Origin: Camelus dromedarius | Lineage: Eukaryota | Direction of reading: 5' to 3' | DNA length: 64,000 nt | Assembly (NCBI RefSeq): GCF_036321535.1 | Contig: NC_087436.1 | Span: forward strand, 35,714,001 to 35,778,000 | In this document: piece by piece, positions 38,841 through 50,870 of the stretch | Layout: each line of letters starts with the position of its first letter | Position numbering within the stretch: position 1 is the first letter of the stretch | Program-made: the position numbers and the translations under genes | The notes under the pieces: model-generated | Seen by the model: only the letters and a program-made list of their open reading frames with translations | Database searches by the model: none | Told to the model about the DNA's origin: nothing

Positions 38841-39609
38841 CTGAAATAAAGCAAAGAGGTGGCATTCATTTTAAGCCACCACCACTGGCAGGCCAAGAGT
38901 TAAGAACAGTATGGCCATTAGCATTAAGAATCACCTACAATAAAAATTTAGAGTTGCCTGGGTTGTAGGAAGGTAGGAGTGCGGAAGAGAAGACATTTCT
39001 CCCCGCTCACGTTGAGGGCTAGGAAACTTCAAGATTTCAGATATGAATAATATATTAGTAAACTTCAAAATGAATCCCCTAAGTTTCCCATACCTATTTA
39101 GCAGAATGTTCAACTCGAGAGTGAAACTGAAGGTTTTAAAACAAAAATTTTAAACTCACCCACTCTACTAATTCTAGTAGATATTCCTGGCAATTTGAAA
39201 TCCAAAGAATTTGAGAACTATTATGAAAGATACAAAATCACAAATTCCTTTAATCCAGGAAGCAAGTAAAGTCATGGACATTTTCCCTAATTTTTAAAAT
39301 AAAAAATGAGTTAGCTTTTAGTGATTAAGCACATTCTCTATTTCATGGTTTATTACACTTGTTACTTAGAATAATTGGGACCTTCTGGAAAACTCTCTCT
39401 GAAAAATTCAATAGGACGTTTGATTAATATTCTAATGTAAGACTATACCCTCAAGTCACTTTAACAGTATATTAACATGCTTAAGTACTATAAGTGAAAT
39501 CCTGAAGGAATCTTCCTCTGAAAGGCATGGTTATTAAACAGGAGTGAGTTAAATATGTACAAACCAATTTAAAAATATACCATTTGTTTTCCAGTTTACC
39601 AGAGGAAAG

Positions 39610-39935
39610 ATATTTTTGCAAGCAGGATCCGCGGGGCCGCTTTATATAACCCCCACCTCCCCGCCCCCACCTATTCCACTCCAGGCCTGAGCTGTACTAA
39701 AATTTTGCAAAGCCCCGCATTGTTCTCCCTGACACCGGATCAGCCGACACAAAAAAGCAACTGCCAGCTCAAAAGCAATCCGGCGATGGATCCTGCTGCT
39801 ATCTAATCAAGGGCAAAAGGTCACTTCCGAACAACTGGGCAATAAAAGATTATTTCTAGCGACAAAACAGAGAGGCCCAGAGGTGGGGGGTGGGGAAGGG
39901 GGGGGCGCTGGGGAGGAAGGAGGGCAAAAGGGCTC
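39610..39935 (-). promoter_or_regulatory. Candidate TATA-containing Pol II promoter firing on the minus strand
   Basis: TATATAAAG (minus, 39648-39640) with a C-A initiator 31 nt downstream (39618/39617). GC box GGGGCGGGG (39667-39659), AAAGGTCA at 39816-39823 overlapping the ETS site CACTTCCG at 39822-39829, and local CpG retention. Confidence 0.55.
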
Positions 39936-41304
39936 CCGTCTGTGGGAGGAAGTGCATTGACTCAAGGCAGCAGACGGGAACCATCTGGCTCCTTTCGAGG
40001 TCTGTTCTTAAGACAAGAGAGAAAGTCCCCTTTAAAGGGGCCAGTGACTCTGGGCTATGCAATTCAAACTTCTTAATAATATAAAACCAGCTTTCCCAGG
40101 CATGGAAAAATCAGAAAGAGAGAGACAGAGACAGGCAGAGAGAAGGGGAGAAATCTTTTTCCAAATAGGATAGTTACTGGCAAACACTAACTAGAGAATG
40201 CATTGCTTTTCAACTCATCACATCAATCAATAAACCCTCTTGGTAACTACTAAGTAGATGACCCAGCAACTGGTGTTTTATTATTATTTGAAGTTAACCT
40301 TAAGTTAAAACACACACCTCAACACACGTCATTTTTAAAAGAACATCAAAGCCCTTCTTAATGGTACAGTTTTTCAAACTTCTTCCTCTGGCCTCCCAAG
40401 ACAACTGAATTCTCCCTCCCCCTATTTTAACACTCCCGCCCCTCTTCCCAGTCCTCTCCCTTCTGTAGTCCTCTCCCTGCTCTGACTGAAGCACCTAGGA
40501 AAGAGTGCAGGGAAAGTCAAGGGCCCTATTACATTCAGCCTAGATGCCTTGGTCTAAGGAAAGCTAGAATTACAGTGTACCCTATTTTCCCCACCCCCCA
40601 AAAAGAGTCAGTACCAAGTAAACTATGTCCTCAATTCCCTCATCTGTGATTCTTTTTTTTTAACCACTGAGTAATTACCAACTGAAATAGAAAGTGCCCA
40701 GGCTGAGAGACCACTGCTGGCTGTGTGGCTGCAAACATGAGATACTAATTACAGTAATTCAAAATCCACAGGACAGGAAGCCTAATCATTTTCGGACTTT
40801 TTTTTTTTTGGAGGGGTACAGCCCAGCTAACAGCCCAGCTGATCTGAGACAGTTCAGGGTGGGCCTCAGGATGACATTCAGATTTCTAAATGTGAACATC
40901 TTTTGAAAATGGCTGTGTCCAAGAACTGGGATATGGAATGTGTCTGCCTACCACACCAGCGGTAGTGTTGGATAGGAAATTGAGCATTTAAATGTCTACT
41001 TCTCCTAGGACAACTAAACCTTTGCCCCAAGAGAACACTTTGAGAAACTGGTCTACAGCAAAAGTTTCATGTAAGTAGGAAACAGAAACCTAGATAAGAA
41101 AATTGGAACTCCCTTTTTGACATCCACATAAGCATGAGAAAAACATTGCAAAAAATATTAAAATCATATAAAAAATTATAACACAAAGATATTTATGAAG
41201 ATTTCCTCTCAAGAAGAATAACATAGGAAAACTTAAACACCATAGTGTACATAAATAAGTAGTAATAATGATGAAGATGATGATGACAATGTTGGTGGTA
41301 GCGG

Positions 41305-41790
41305 TCAGCAACTTTAATAAATGTCTACTGCACATTGGTCTCGGAACAGCAGGTGTAATGGGATTGCCACAGGAAGTTACCCAGGATCCATTTCCTCATG
41401 GAGCTTATAATCTAAAAGTGGGTGGGATAAACCCACTTGGAAAACATGCTAAAGAATATATAAATAAGCTCAGTATTAATTGTTCCTCGGTGCTTAAGGG
41501 ATACTGAAATAAAATACACAGTGGGATTAGGCCAGGTTCCTTTGGGGAAGACTTTAATGGTGGGATGAATTTCAAACAGAATTTCAAAGAAGGTAGACAC
41601 ATGCTTTGGCAGAGTGAGGAAGACATTGGTCTTTTCCAGCCAAGGGTGTTTAAAGGTGGAATGACAAAATCTGAGTCTGGTCAACTGGCTGTGATGCTCT
41701 GAACTGAAGAGACACAATAGATGATGACAGTTCAGAGAGTGAGGGCCTGCTAGAAAGGAGGGCACCAAAAGTGTCTTGTTTGAAACTTGT
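41305..41790 (-). mobile_element. L2 3' fragment
   Basis: 'tttaataaatgtctactgcac...cctcatggagcttataatcta...ggggaagactttaatggtgggatgaatttcaaacaga'. Confidence 0.7.
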
Positions 41791-41847
41791 GGACTTCAAC
41801 TGCAAATCAGAACCAGAATGCACCCATTAGATGGATACATTTTTTAA

Positions 41848-42240
41848 AATTAGAAGTGTTAGTGGGGATGTGGAGAAATTGGAGCATTTACGTACTATTG
41901 GTGGGAAGGTAAAATGGTACAACCACTATAGAAAAAAGTATGGTGGTTCCTCAAAAAATTGAACAGAATTACCGCATGATCCAGCTATTCCACTTCTTGG
42001 TATATATCCAAAATAATTGAAATGAAAGGACTTGAATAGAATATTGTACATCCACGTTCATAGCAGAGTATAAAGTTTCCATTTGGAATGACAAAAAATT
42101 TCTAGAAATGGATACCAGTGATTACACAAAAATGTGAATGTAACTAATGCCACTTGATTGTATATTTTAAATGGCTAAAATGGTAAGTTTTGTATTAAGT
42201 ATATTTTACCACAGTAAAAAAAATGCATTAAGATAAAAAT
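41848..42240 (+). mobile_element. L1MB-like 3' fragment with internal deletion
   Basis: 'gtggggatgtggagaaattggagc...tggtggttcctcaaaaaattgaacagaattacc...gttcatagcag' jumps directly to 'agtataaagtttcc...tattttaccacagtaaaaa'. Confidence 0.88.
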
Positions 42241-42259
42241 ATTTTTAAAAAGCAGGGTT

Positions 42260-42418
42260 GGGGAGGGTACAACTCAGTGGTAGAGTAGATGCCTAGCATG
42301 CACAAGGTCCTGGGTTCAATCCCCAGTACCTCCATTAAAAAAAAATAAATAAATAAACCTAATTACTTCCCTCTTCCCAAAATTAATAAATAAAATAAAG
42401 ATTAAAAAAAAAAAAAAA
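42260..42418 (+). mobile_element. tRNA-derived SINE (vic-1 type)
   Basis: 'ggggagggtacaactcagtggtagagtagatgcctagcatgcacaaggtcctgggttcaatccccagtacctcc' with a bipartite A-rich tail. Confidence 0.92.
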
Positions 42419-42564
42419 GACGCTCTTCACTTAGCCACACAACATGGCCAACGTACTTACTCTTTGAGACCTAAATTCCTCAACTGTGGAGCAGGGATAA
42501 TGACCCCCACAATCCAGGTTTATAAATTCAACAAATAATGTAAACTGCCTAACACTTAGGGTAT

Positions 42565-42945
42565 GAATTAACTAGGATTCTTGGCTGCAAGAAATGGAGT
42601 CACAAATGAAGCAGCTCAGGTAATTTATTGGCTTATAGAAGCAAACTGCTAGAGGGTCTAGGCTGGAAGCTGGTCATAGGAACAACAGGAACTAAGGATT
42701 CCAGTGCTGTTAGGTTCTTCTAATCTGGCCTGTCATTTCTGTATGGTAATTTCTCTGACTGATAGAGAATGTGACTAGTGGGATTCCAGGCACACATTCT
42801 TACGCCTTCACAACTGGACAAAAAAGAGGTCTTCTTTGGTCCTGTTTGAAAGACTCTGATTGGACTATCCTTGGTCACATGCCCATCCCCTGGACCAATC
42901 ACAGTGGCTAGGGAAGTGAAAAGCCCCCAATAAAAGCACAAATTA
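42565..42945 (-). mobile_element. Old MaLR LTR (MLT1J/K/L-like)
   Basis: 'aggattcttggctgcaag...ctctgattggactatccttggtcacatgcccatcccctggaccaatcacagtggctaggg'. Confidence 0.7.
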
Positions 42946-44065
42946 AGGAGGGAGGATGGAGACAGCCACTGGGAGAGTAGGTGTGAACCAGGTAGCCATC
43001 TGATTGGGTGACCACTACAGCAAACTCAGGAAATGGTAAGCCTGATGCTATACACAATGTAAACAGAAGCCATCTTAGATATTGGAGCAGAGAAGTGATC
43101 GTTTTAGCTAAGAAAAGATCATTTTATGTTATTTTGAACGAATTGATTAATTTAGTTGCTCATTTATTAACAATATCTTGAAGTAAGTTACTACATATAG
43201 GATAATTTTCTGAATAACTGTAATTGACTCTTCCAAATATTAAGATTTTTATCTTGAATTTTATCTAAAATATGTTATTTTTATGATGGAATGTAAACAT
43301 TAAAAAAAATTCAAGATCACTTGTTATGAAAATAAAATATCATGCTTTGTTGTAATATGCTGATACTCTCAGGAACAATTTTGGTGCTTAAAACTGCTTA
43401 AGCCTTTCACTCCAAGGCCCAGAGGACATCTTTTGATCAACGGTTGTTACTCCTCATTATTCTCATTTTTCTGCATCAAAAAAATCCCTTCTTATCATCG
43501 TTCATCCTACTTCTAATTGCCGAGTATTGAACATCCAGATAATTAGTGACTGTGAGTAAAATAAGGTTTTCAGGGTGTATTTCACAGGGAAAAATGGATT
43601 GGCTTTGGTCCAAAGAATTATTAAAGGTGTTCAAGGGTTTGTTCTTCAGGTCCACAGAAGTGGTTTGGAAAGTTAGAAGCCAACCTCTGCCTGAAATCCA
43701 GGTACTTCAGAACATTGAGTCAAGAAGTATTAAACCTCATGGTGCAATCAAAGATCACTGAAGCACTGAAAGTTTCTAATCTAGTTATTAAAACACATTT
43801 TTTGATAATTAACTACATAGAGAATATCATCAAGCTTTAAACTTGCATATATAATAGGAATTCAGAAGAAGTATGTGAGACTACTTGCAAAGCGGCGAGT
43901 AGTTTATTTGGCCCAGGTTATATTGGTTATTGAATTTCTTGACTAGATTTTCTGAAGAAGTGTCAACCAGATTAAGAAAATCTTGACTCTAAGACAGATC
44001 ATTTAAGTGATCGACAAAGTAGCTACGAAACAGAAACCTCTCACAGTCAAGACAGCAATACTTAC

Positions 44066-44254
44066 TGACACTTCACTGGTTTCCACAGTTTCTCCTTACG
44101 GGGGCTTTGATTCTGCTGTTGACCAAAGTCCTGACGGTCGTGGCACCAACAATGAATCCATGGGAAGTGACCAAGAAAGATCTTCAAGAACACGTGTGCT
44201 CTCTTTACATGTTTCACAGTCTTCAGAAAGATTTGTGATATTACCATCCTTCAC
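44066..44254 (-). other. Candidate exon (189 nt) of a minus-strand spliced transcript
   Basis: Acceptor 'tgctttatgtttacag|G' and donor TCA|GTAAGT in unique sequence. Contains a strong-Kozak ATG at 44247 (AGGATGG). Confidence 0.45.
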
Positions 44255-45202
44255 CTGTAAACATAAAGCACGTGGCCTAGTATTTTCAGTAGCAAACGCT
44301 CAGATACTTGAAGAATTTAATCAAATCCATGACTGCACATTCTTAAAAGAGGAACTATGTGTTGAAGGGAAGGTCAAGGAGGAAAGGAGAAATCCAGAAG
44401 AGCTCTCTTCCTTGTTTGCTCCTTCTGAAAACCTAGTGGGCATACAAAATATTTTCTTGTCATGTGATTAAAAGAGGAAATATGTGATAAAACATCAAGA
44501 TTAACCCAAGGTAAAAAGAATGCAGTTCCTACACACACTAACTGCCTGCCATTCTAGGAGATAAAACCTGTGCCCCTGCCAAGGCGTTAAGTCTCTACAG
44601 CTATGTAAACTGCAAAGAGTTTGCAAAGGAACAAATCCAGGACATAACCCCCTTGAGAACAACAAAGGGGATACTTGTCCAGACAATCACATTGTATCAC
44701 GCCACTTCACAACTTATAATGAGTCTAGAAAAAGAGGCATGATTTTGGCATGACCCAGTCCTGTTACTCTCATTCCAGAAGGCAAGGCAACCATATCCTT
44801 ATTTTCTGGTTTACATTTCATCTGCTTGAATCCACCTAGGGAGACATTGACAAACCTGTTAAATCAAACTAAGCCAATCAGTGCAGGGCAGCCAAATAAC
44901 TTACAACATCCTAAAAAATATTAGTGTTTTGCTATTAACTACAAAACTTATTAGCAATCTATCAAGACCTGATACTTAATGTTAGGGATTTATCTAAGCA
45001 CCATTTCCTTTTCTTCCCCCTATTATCTCACTGACAATTGGCTTCTAGCATAGAGTTTGAAGAACTTTTGTTGTGTTTCCTGTATATTTAGTTCACGATG
45101 CTGTAGCTTAAGTTGTAAGATATTTTATATACCTTACAAATACAAATATATAAACCCAAAGCTCTTAGAGTGAGAAGCAGAATTTTGCAGATAAAAACAC
45201 AT

Positions 45203-45290
45203 GTAGGTAGATAGGTAGATAGGTAGGTAGATGGATGGATAGATGGAGGCTGGCTGGACAGGTAGGTGGATAGACAGACAGCTGATTGAT
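45203..45290. repeat. Compound degenerate tetranucleotide repeat (TAGG/TAGA/TGGA/CAGA)
   Basis: Directly visible. Confidence 0.85.
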
Positions 45291-46218
45291 TTGCCTTTGG
45301 CCACTAGGAGATCTAGAGGATAATCTTCCATTCCTAGATCTTCCAGATTTACCCATCAGACCAAATATTTGTAACCTGCACATTGAAAATAGCTACAATA
45401 TGCAAAGAGCCATATCTGACATCTACAAAGTTAATAAAGCCGTATCTAAAGTTTCAAAACATGTCCATTTCATAGATTTTTTCCCCTGGCATTCTTGAGT
45501 TTGCCTAAATTTTGCCAGATTTAACACAATTTTAGTTTTAGGTTTGTATATATTTGGACTCAAATTTTTCTGTTTTAGGTGAACCTGATAAAATTTACCC
45601 CATTGCCTATATTTACAATGTGAAGTAGTAAAGGCCACAAAAAATTATAAGATTAAAAAAATGTACCATAAGAGATTTATTGTATACTATTTATTCTTAT
45701 TTCCTGCTATTCAAAAGATTAGAGGAGAATTCAGAAGACCAAAGTCACAACTTTTTTTTTCTACGAGCTTCTTTTTCCTGCCTTCTGCCGTTTGGTCTCT
45801 CGAACTACTTACACTGATGAAAATATGGGAGGAAAAATAGATTACTCATTATCTCAGTACTTCAAAGCAGAAACTCTGCAGCTCAGTAACCCTTCTCCTG
45901 CTAAATAGTGAAGAGTGTTTATCGAGATAAGGATTAGTTATATATGGCCCAAAGCCACTGGTGAGGAGCCTATAAACTAGTTAGAGTCAGAACTAACCTA
46001 CAGTAAGCAATGCATTGCCAACTGAAGGCAATTCATTTGCTTTGGAATCAGGGGCATTGGTCGGGCCAACAAGCTCTTATGAAAGTTATGGAGCTGCCTG
46101 GTGGATGTTTGCTGTAAAGCCACTGCCCACTTCCGCGTGCTGCCAAGTCACTGAAGTACCTGCACAAGGACTCCTGGTTGTAATGTTTGAAGGATTATCT
46201 TCTATCCAGAAGCCATGC

Positions 46219-46636
46219 TGTATTAGTCAGCTAGGGCTGACATAACAAAACATCACAGACTGGGGGCCTTGAACAACAGAAATGTATGTTCTCACAGTTC
46301 TGGAGACTGAAGTCCAAGGTCAAGATACTGGCAGAGTTGGTCTCTGGTGAGACCTCTCTTGCTGGTTTGTACATGGTCACCTTTTCACTGTCCTACATGG
46401 CCCTTCCTCTGTGCTGAGAGAGAGAGAGAGAGACTGTCAGACAGACAGACAGACAGAGAGCGAGAGCTCTCGTGTCTCTTCCTCTTCATACAAGGGCACC
46501 AGTCCTACTGGATTAAGTGTTATGACTTCACTTAACTTTTATTGCCTCCTTATAGGCCCTGTCTCCAAGTGCAGTTATACTGGGGGCTAGGACTTCAACA
46601 TATGAATTTGGGGGGAATACAATTCAGCCCATAACA
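46219..46636 (-). mobile_element. MaLR solo LTR (MLT1B-like) with internal (GA)n/(CAGA)n expansion
   Basis: 'tgtattagtcagctagggctgacataacaaaac...ttctcacagttctggag...ggacttcaacatatgaatttgggggg...ttcagcccataaca'. Confidence 0.9.
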
Positions 46637-48299
46637 CACAGCTTCAGTTTAGAGAGTTAAGGAAGAATAACACCACCGAAAGGTTATGACTTGGCCCACA
46701 AAGTTTAGGCCCTTGTGAGTTCCCTGGGGAAAAAAATCAGTTCCCCTCACCGAAGTATGGTTTAGTTTTATATCTCTGGCTTCTATTGAAGTTTGCTACA
46801 AGGAATAACCACATGAACTCTTTCTACCTATTTTTGAGCATACTGTCCATTCTGAAAATTCAGTTCCATCTACAAAACTCTGTATAAGAATTGTCTTTTA
46901 GAATTTAGTGCCACGGGCAAAAATTGTCTTCCATGAGAACTTCCTATAATTCCTAAAAATCCCAAGAATCTCATACTATAATATTTTCACTTTTTCTTCT
47001 AGTCTGGCAGGCAATTTTGGATCATATTGGAAGCTCAAACATAGCAAACGGATTAACTATTTGTATTTATAATCATCTTCTTACATTGTTTGCTTTTTAC
47101 CCTAATTCTCTGATTTCTTTTTTAGTAACAATTCTTTTACTATGCTGTTTAGCTTTTTAAAGCTAACACCTGGCACTACAAGTATTTTCATGAGATTGAA
47201 CCAGATTTTTAAAAAAATCAGATGGTAGCTATTGAGTTCTGTGAAAAAAATACCTGGAAAATTAAAAGAGAATAACCACCAAAAAAGAGAATCCTGATTA
47301 TCCTTTAAGTTTTCACTCACCATACCCAGGAAAGTGAACAGCTAGCAATGAATATGAAAATAAAACTTAAAAAGTAGCAAAACCCATTTAAAAGTGGAAG
47401 ACAGAGATTCCCGCAGAGTAAATGGATAATTTTGAGCCATTATAGGCAAATTAATTTTCACACTGGTTGCTAGTTTTTAAAATTAACCACTCTCTTAGTA
47501 ATAGTTGCTAGGAGATGAGCCCTTCCCTGTGGCTGATGTGAGCCCACTGTTCTCGGCACTGGACCTCGCTAAGACGGAGCGCGCTGCTGGACAGCGCAGT
47601 TTAAAGATTAAACAAAAGCAGCAGCAGCGCATCCAGGAGCAAAGGACAGATGCCCTTCTGGGTCTGCACATGTACCAGGATGTGACTTCAAGGCCTCTCC
47701 CTGATAAGATTAATGCCTAAGAAAAAGCTGAGCTTTTTAAGTTTTAGAAAGAACTGTAGTTTCTGGAAAGGGAGTTTGTAAAAGGAGAGGTCCAAAGAAT
47801 CAGACACAAAAATGCTTAGTTCTTTTATTATGGTACAAAAATAGTGCCTTCAAGTAACACGTTGCACTGTTGTACAAATGTTTTGCACATGTTGCCCAAA
47901 AGTCCAGAGGATGCCTTTATAAAATATCAGCAGCATGTGTTAAGATAATATTTAAACTCTGTCAATCAGGTGTGGATGTCAGAAAACACTATGTTTTGGA
48001 CCTGCTGAACAAATGAAAACTAATACAAAAAAACTGGGTGAGGTCTTCCAGAAATTCTTCACAAATAGGACAGACTTCCATAAAAACTGTCTTGTATTGT
48101 GGTCTCAACTGAATGAGAAAAATAATTAATTAAAGCAACTTACATTCCTATAGAGGAGTGATGGGAGTTCTCTGGAAAAATAAGTTTTTACAAACCCGGT
48201 GAAAAAGACTAGGCTAAAAACCGGTATGGAAAGTTAGATCAAGATGGAGACTGAGCACAAGCACCTACTTTCCCTGTTGAAAGCCCTCTGAAAGGATAG

Positions 48300-48397
48300 G
48301 AGACACTCATTCTCATTTCTTGCTGGTGGGAATGCAAAAATGATGTAGCATTTTGGAAAGGTTTGGCAGTTCCTTATAAAGTTAAATATACACTTAA
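48300..48397 (+). mobile_element. L1 fragment
   Basis: 'ttgctggtgggaatgcaaaa...ttttggaaaggtttggcagttccttataaagttaaatatacactta'. Confidence 0.75.
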
Positions 48398-48739
48398 CTT
48401 TGGACTGAATGTTTGCGTGCCCCCAAAATTCATATATTGAAGCCTAATCTCCAACCTGATGATGACGCAGGTAAGGTCTTTGGGAGGTGATTAGGTCATA
48501 AGGGTGGATTCCCTTAAAAAAGAGACTCCAGAGAGATCCCTCACTCCTCCTGCCGTGTGAGAACATGGTGAGAAGACAGCCTTCTGTGAACCAGGAAGAA
48601 GGTCCTCACCAGGCATAGAACCTGCCAGCACCTGACCTTAGGCTCCCCAGCCCCCAGAACTGTAAGAAATAAACTTCTGTTGTTTATAAGCCGCCCAGTC
48701 TCTGGAATTTTATTATACCAGCCCAAACAGACTAAGATA
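48398..48739 (+). mobile_element. MaLR solo LTR (MLT1A0-like)
   Basis: 'tggactgaatgtttgcgtgcccccaaaattcatat...tttgggaggtgattaggtcat...agaaataaacttctgttgtttataagcc...cagcccaaacagactaagata'. Confidence 0.9.
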
Positions 48740-48839
48740 ATATGTTAGTTTCTTTTTCCACATGCCATGACAGAAAAGGCAAGAATCTCAGAAAAAACTG
48801 TTGTTCATCTGTTTAGCAAACTCACATCTCACACTGCAC

Positions 48840-49010
48840 TGCCACTGCACAGTGGCACTTACAACATATTAGTGTTCCCCGTTTATAATTGTCTATTTCT
48901 CTTATTAGAGCATCAACTCTGTGAGGGAAAAAAATTGTAGTTACTCTGTTCACTGCTGTATCCCCAGAACACTAGCAAAAACTTGACAAATTTGTTGAAT
49001 TGAATGACTC
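48840..49010 (+). mobile_element. L2 3' end
   Basis: 'ttagagcatcaactctgtgaggg...tgttcactgctgtatccccagaacactagca...aaatttgttgaattgaatga'. Confidence 0.75.
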
Positions 49011-49879
49011 AATTCCAATGTAAGTGGTGAGGTACCCCATCTGAAAGAGTGGCTACATCATCATTGCACCCCATATCCATCTTACCTCCACTCACGGTAG
49101 TAACCTAAGTGAACATTTTACAAATCAGCTCATCACCTAGCTCACCCTCCTTCAGAAGAAGTTAGTGATCCCTATTTAATATAGTGATTCAGTACGAGGA
49201 GTAGTAGAAATGTGCCAAATTAATCACATACTCATATTAATTTTTGAATAGCTTTCAAATGGAACTCTGGAAAGAAAGCCTCAAATTGTAGATAGTATTT
49301 ATTTTCCCAGTATTCCTTGATCTGGCATTATGGAAAACCCAAGGCTCAGTTAAGCAATTTCTGAGCATTAAACAACATGAAGCTTTTAAAAAGATCTATT
49401 TTGGTTGGAATGTTTTAAGAAAAACTATAGGCAAAATCAACTATTGAAAAAGGCACAGTTGTATGAGTATATAAGGATGTCTTGCCCTTGTTACTAAAAA
49501 GTCTTAAAATTGCATTTCTTTTTCAATGATTGAGGACTATTTGGAAAGTGGAGATTTGGGTAGATCAGGAACAAAAATTCTGGACCCAAATTCAGCCACA
49601 GAAAAGATAGTGAAGTAATTACCATTTGATTGCTATGTGATGATAATCCAGGTGGAATCATTTAATGGTCCCCTCTAGTTTCCAAATGATCAGGGGCAGC
49701 ATTTTAAAACTTTATGCTTATATTTGTTATAAATTATCCAATCTTCACTAATTATCTCAAAAAAGAAGTTCTGCATAGAAAATAAAGTACCTTTTCTGTA
49801 GCTGGGGCAGTGGGTTCTTATCCCTATTTGGGGACAGAGATTCTTTAATAATCTGAAAAAACCCTGGACTCTTCCCCAA

Positions 49880-49880
<1 letters not shown>

Positions 49881-49924
<44 letters not shown>
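49881..49924. repeat. (AC)22 microsatellite
   Basis: Directly visible and uninterrupted. Confidence 0.97.
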
Positions 49925-49926
<2 letters not shown>

Positions 49927-50399
49927 TTGTGTATCACTTTAAAAGTTTACAGTTCCCCAAAGGCTCTCCATAGATGACTGCTCATCTGTTCATTAAATTC
50001 ATGGTTTTAGAACTACTCTGGGGGAGTTCGGGGAGAGGAGGATGGGAAAGCCTGAGGAGGCGGTGAGGAAGAAAGGCCACCCACCAGCCTCTCTCTTCAG
50101 TTGGAGTGGTGACACAGTAACCCCTTTTATATACTGACTTTTAGGGAACATTATTTGGTCAAAAAAGGTTCTACTAGAAAATACATTTGAGAACCTGGGA
50201 ACTGGACCAGGAAATCTACATCTGGCTTATCACAAGAATGACCTGGGGAGGTTTGTTTTAAAGTAATACTTTACTAGCTCTCACACTGTAGCATTTATTG
50301 GATGTTTTCTGTATATTGGTCTTACCTCACTCAGTTAGACTGAAGGCTCTTATAGAACAGTGTCTACTATCCAGCTGATAATACTTTGAGGGCCAAGAC

Positions 50400-50550
50400 G
50401 CTCTCTGGGGTCTGTTTTGTAAGGGCATTGATTCCATTCACAAGGGCTTCACCCTCATCATGTAATTGTCTCCCCAAAGTCCTACCTCCAAACACCATCA
50501 CACTGGCCATTAGGATTTAATATAGGAATTTGGAGGGAACACAAGCATTT
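50400..50550 (-). mobile_element. MLT1A-like LTR fragment
   Basis: 'ctctctggggtctgttttgtaagggcattgattccattcacaagggc...cctccaaacaccatcacactgg...gaatttggagggaacacaagcatt'. Confidence 0.8.
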
Positions 50551-50629
50551 CTAAAGAAAAGTAGCAACAGCCACTCTCCTAGAAATCTGTGGCTAATACA
50601 ATCAAAGGTAGATCTTAAACTCGCATGTT

Positions 50630-50870
50630 ATGTACAGGCTCCATTGTCAGATCATTAGAGTTCAAATCCTGATTCCCCAAGTTTTAGCCATGGGAACCTG
50701 GGCTAGTTACTACGCTTCCCCCTGCTTGGGTTTCCTCATCTATAAAAGAGGGTAATAATGGTACCTAGCTCATACGGTTGTTGGGAAAATCAAATAAATT
50801 AATTCATATTAAGTTATTAGAACAGTTCCCAGCTACCCCAGTGTAGAGTAATCATTTAATAAATTTGAGC
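50630..50870 (+). mobile_element. MIR SINE
   Basis: 'gagttcaaatcctgattcc...tttcctcatctataaaagagggtaataatggtacctagctcatacggttgttg'. Confidence 0.85.

Noticed and set aside
40818..40841. 12-bp tandem duplication 'acagcccagct(a/g)'
   Set aside because: Ordinary slippage micro-duplication with no sign of function.
44007..44471. 154-aa plus-strand ORF
   Set aside because: GTG start and no recognisable homology. The splice signals here favour a minus-strand exon.
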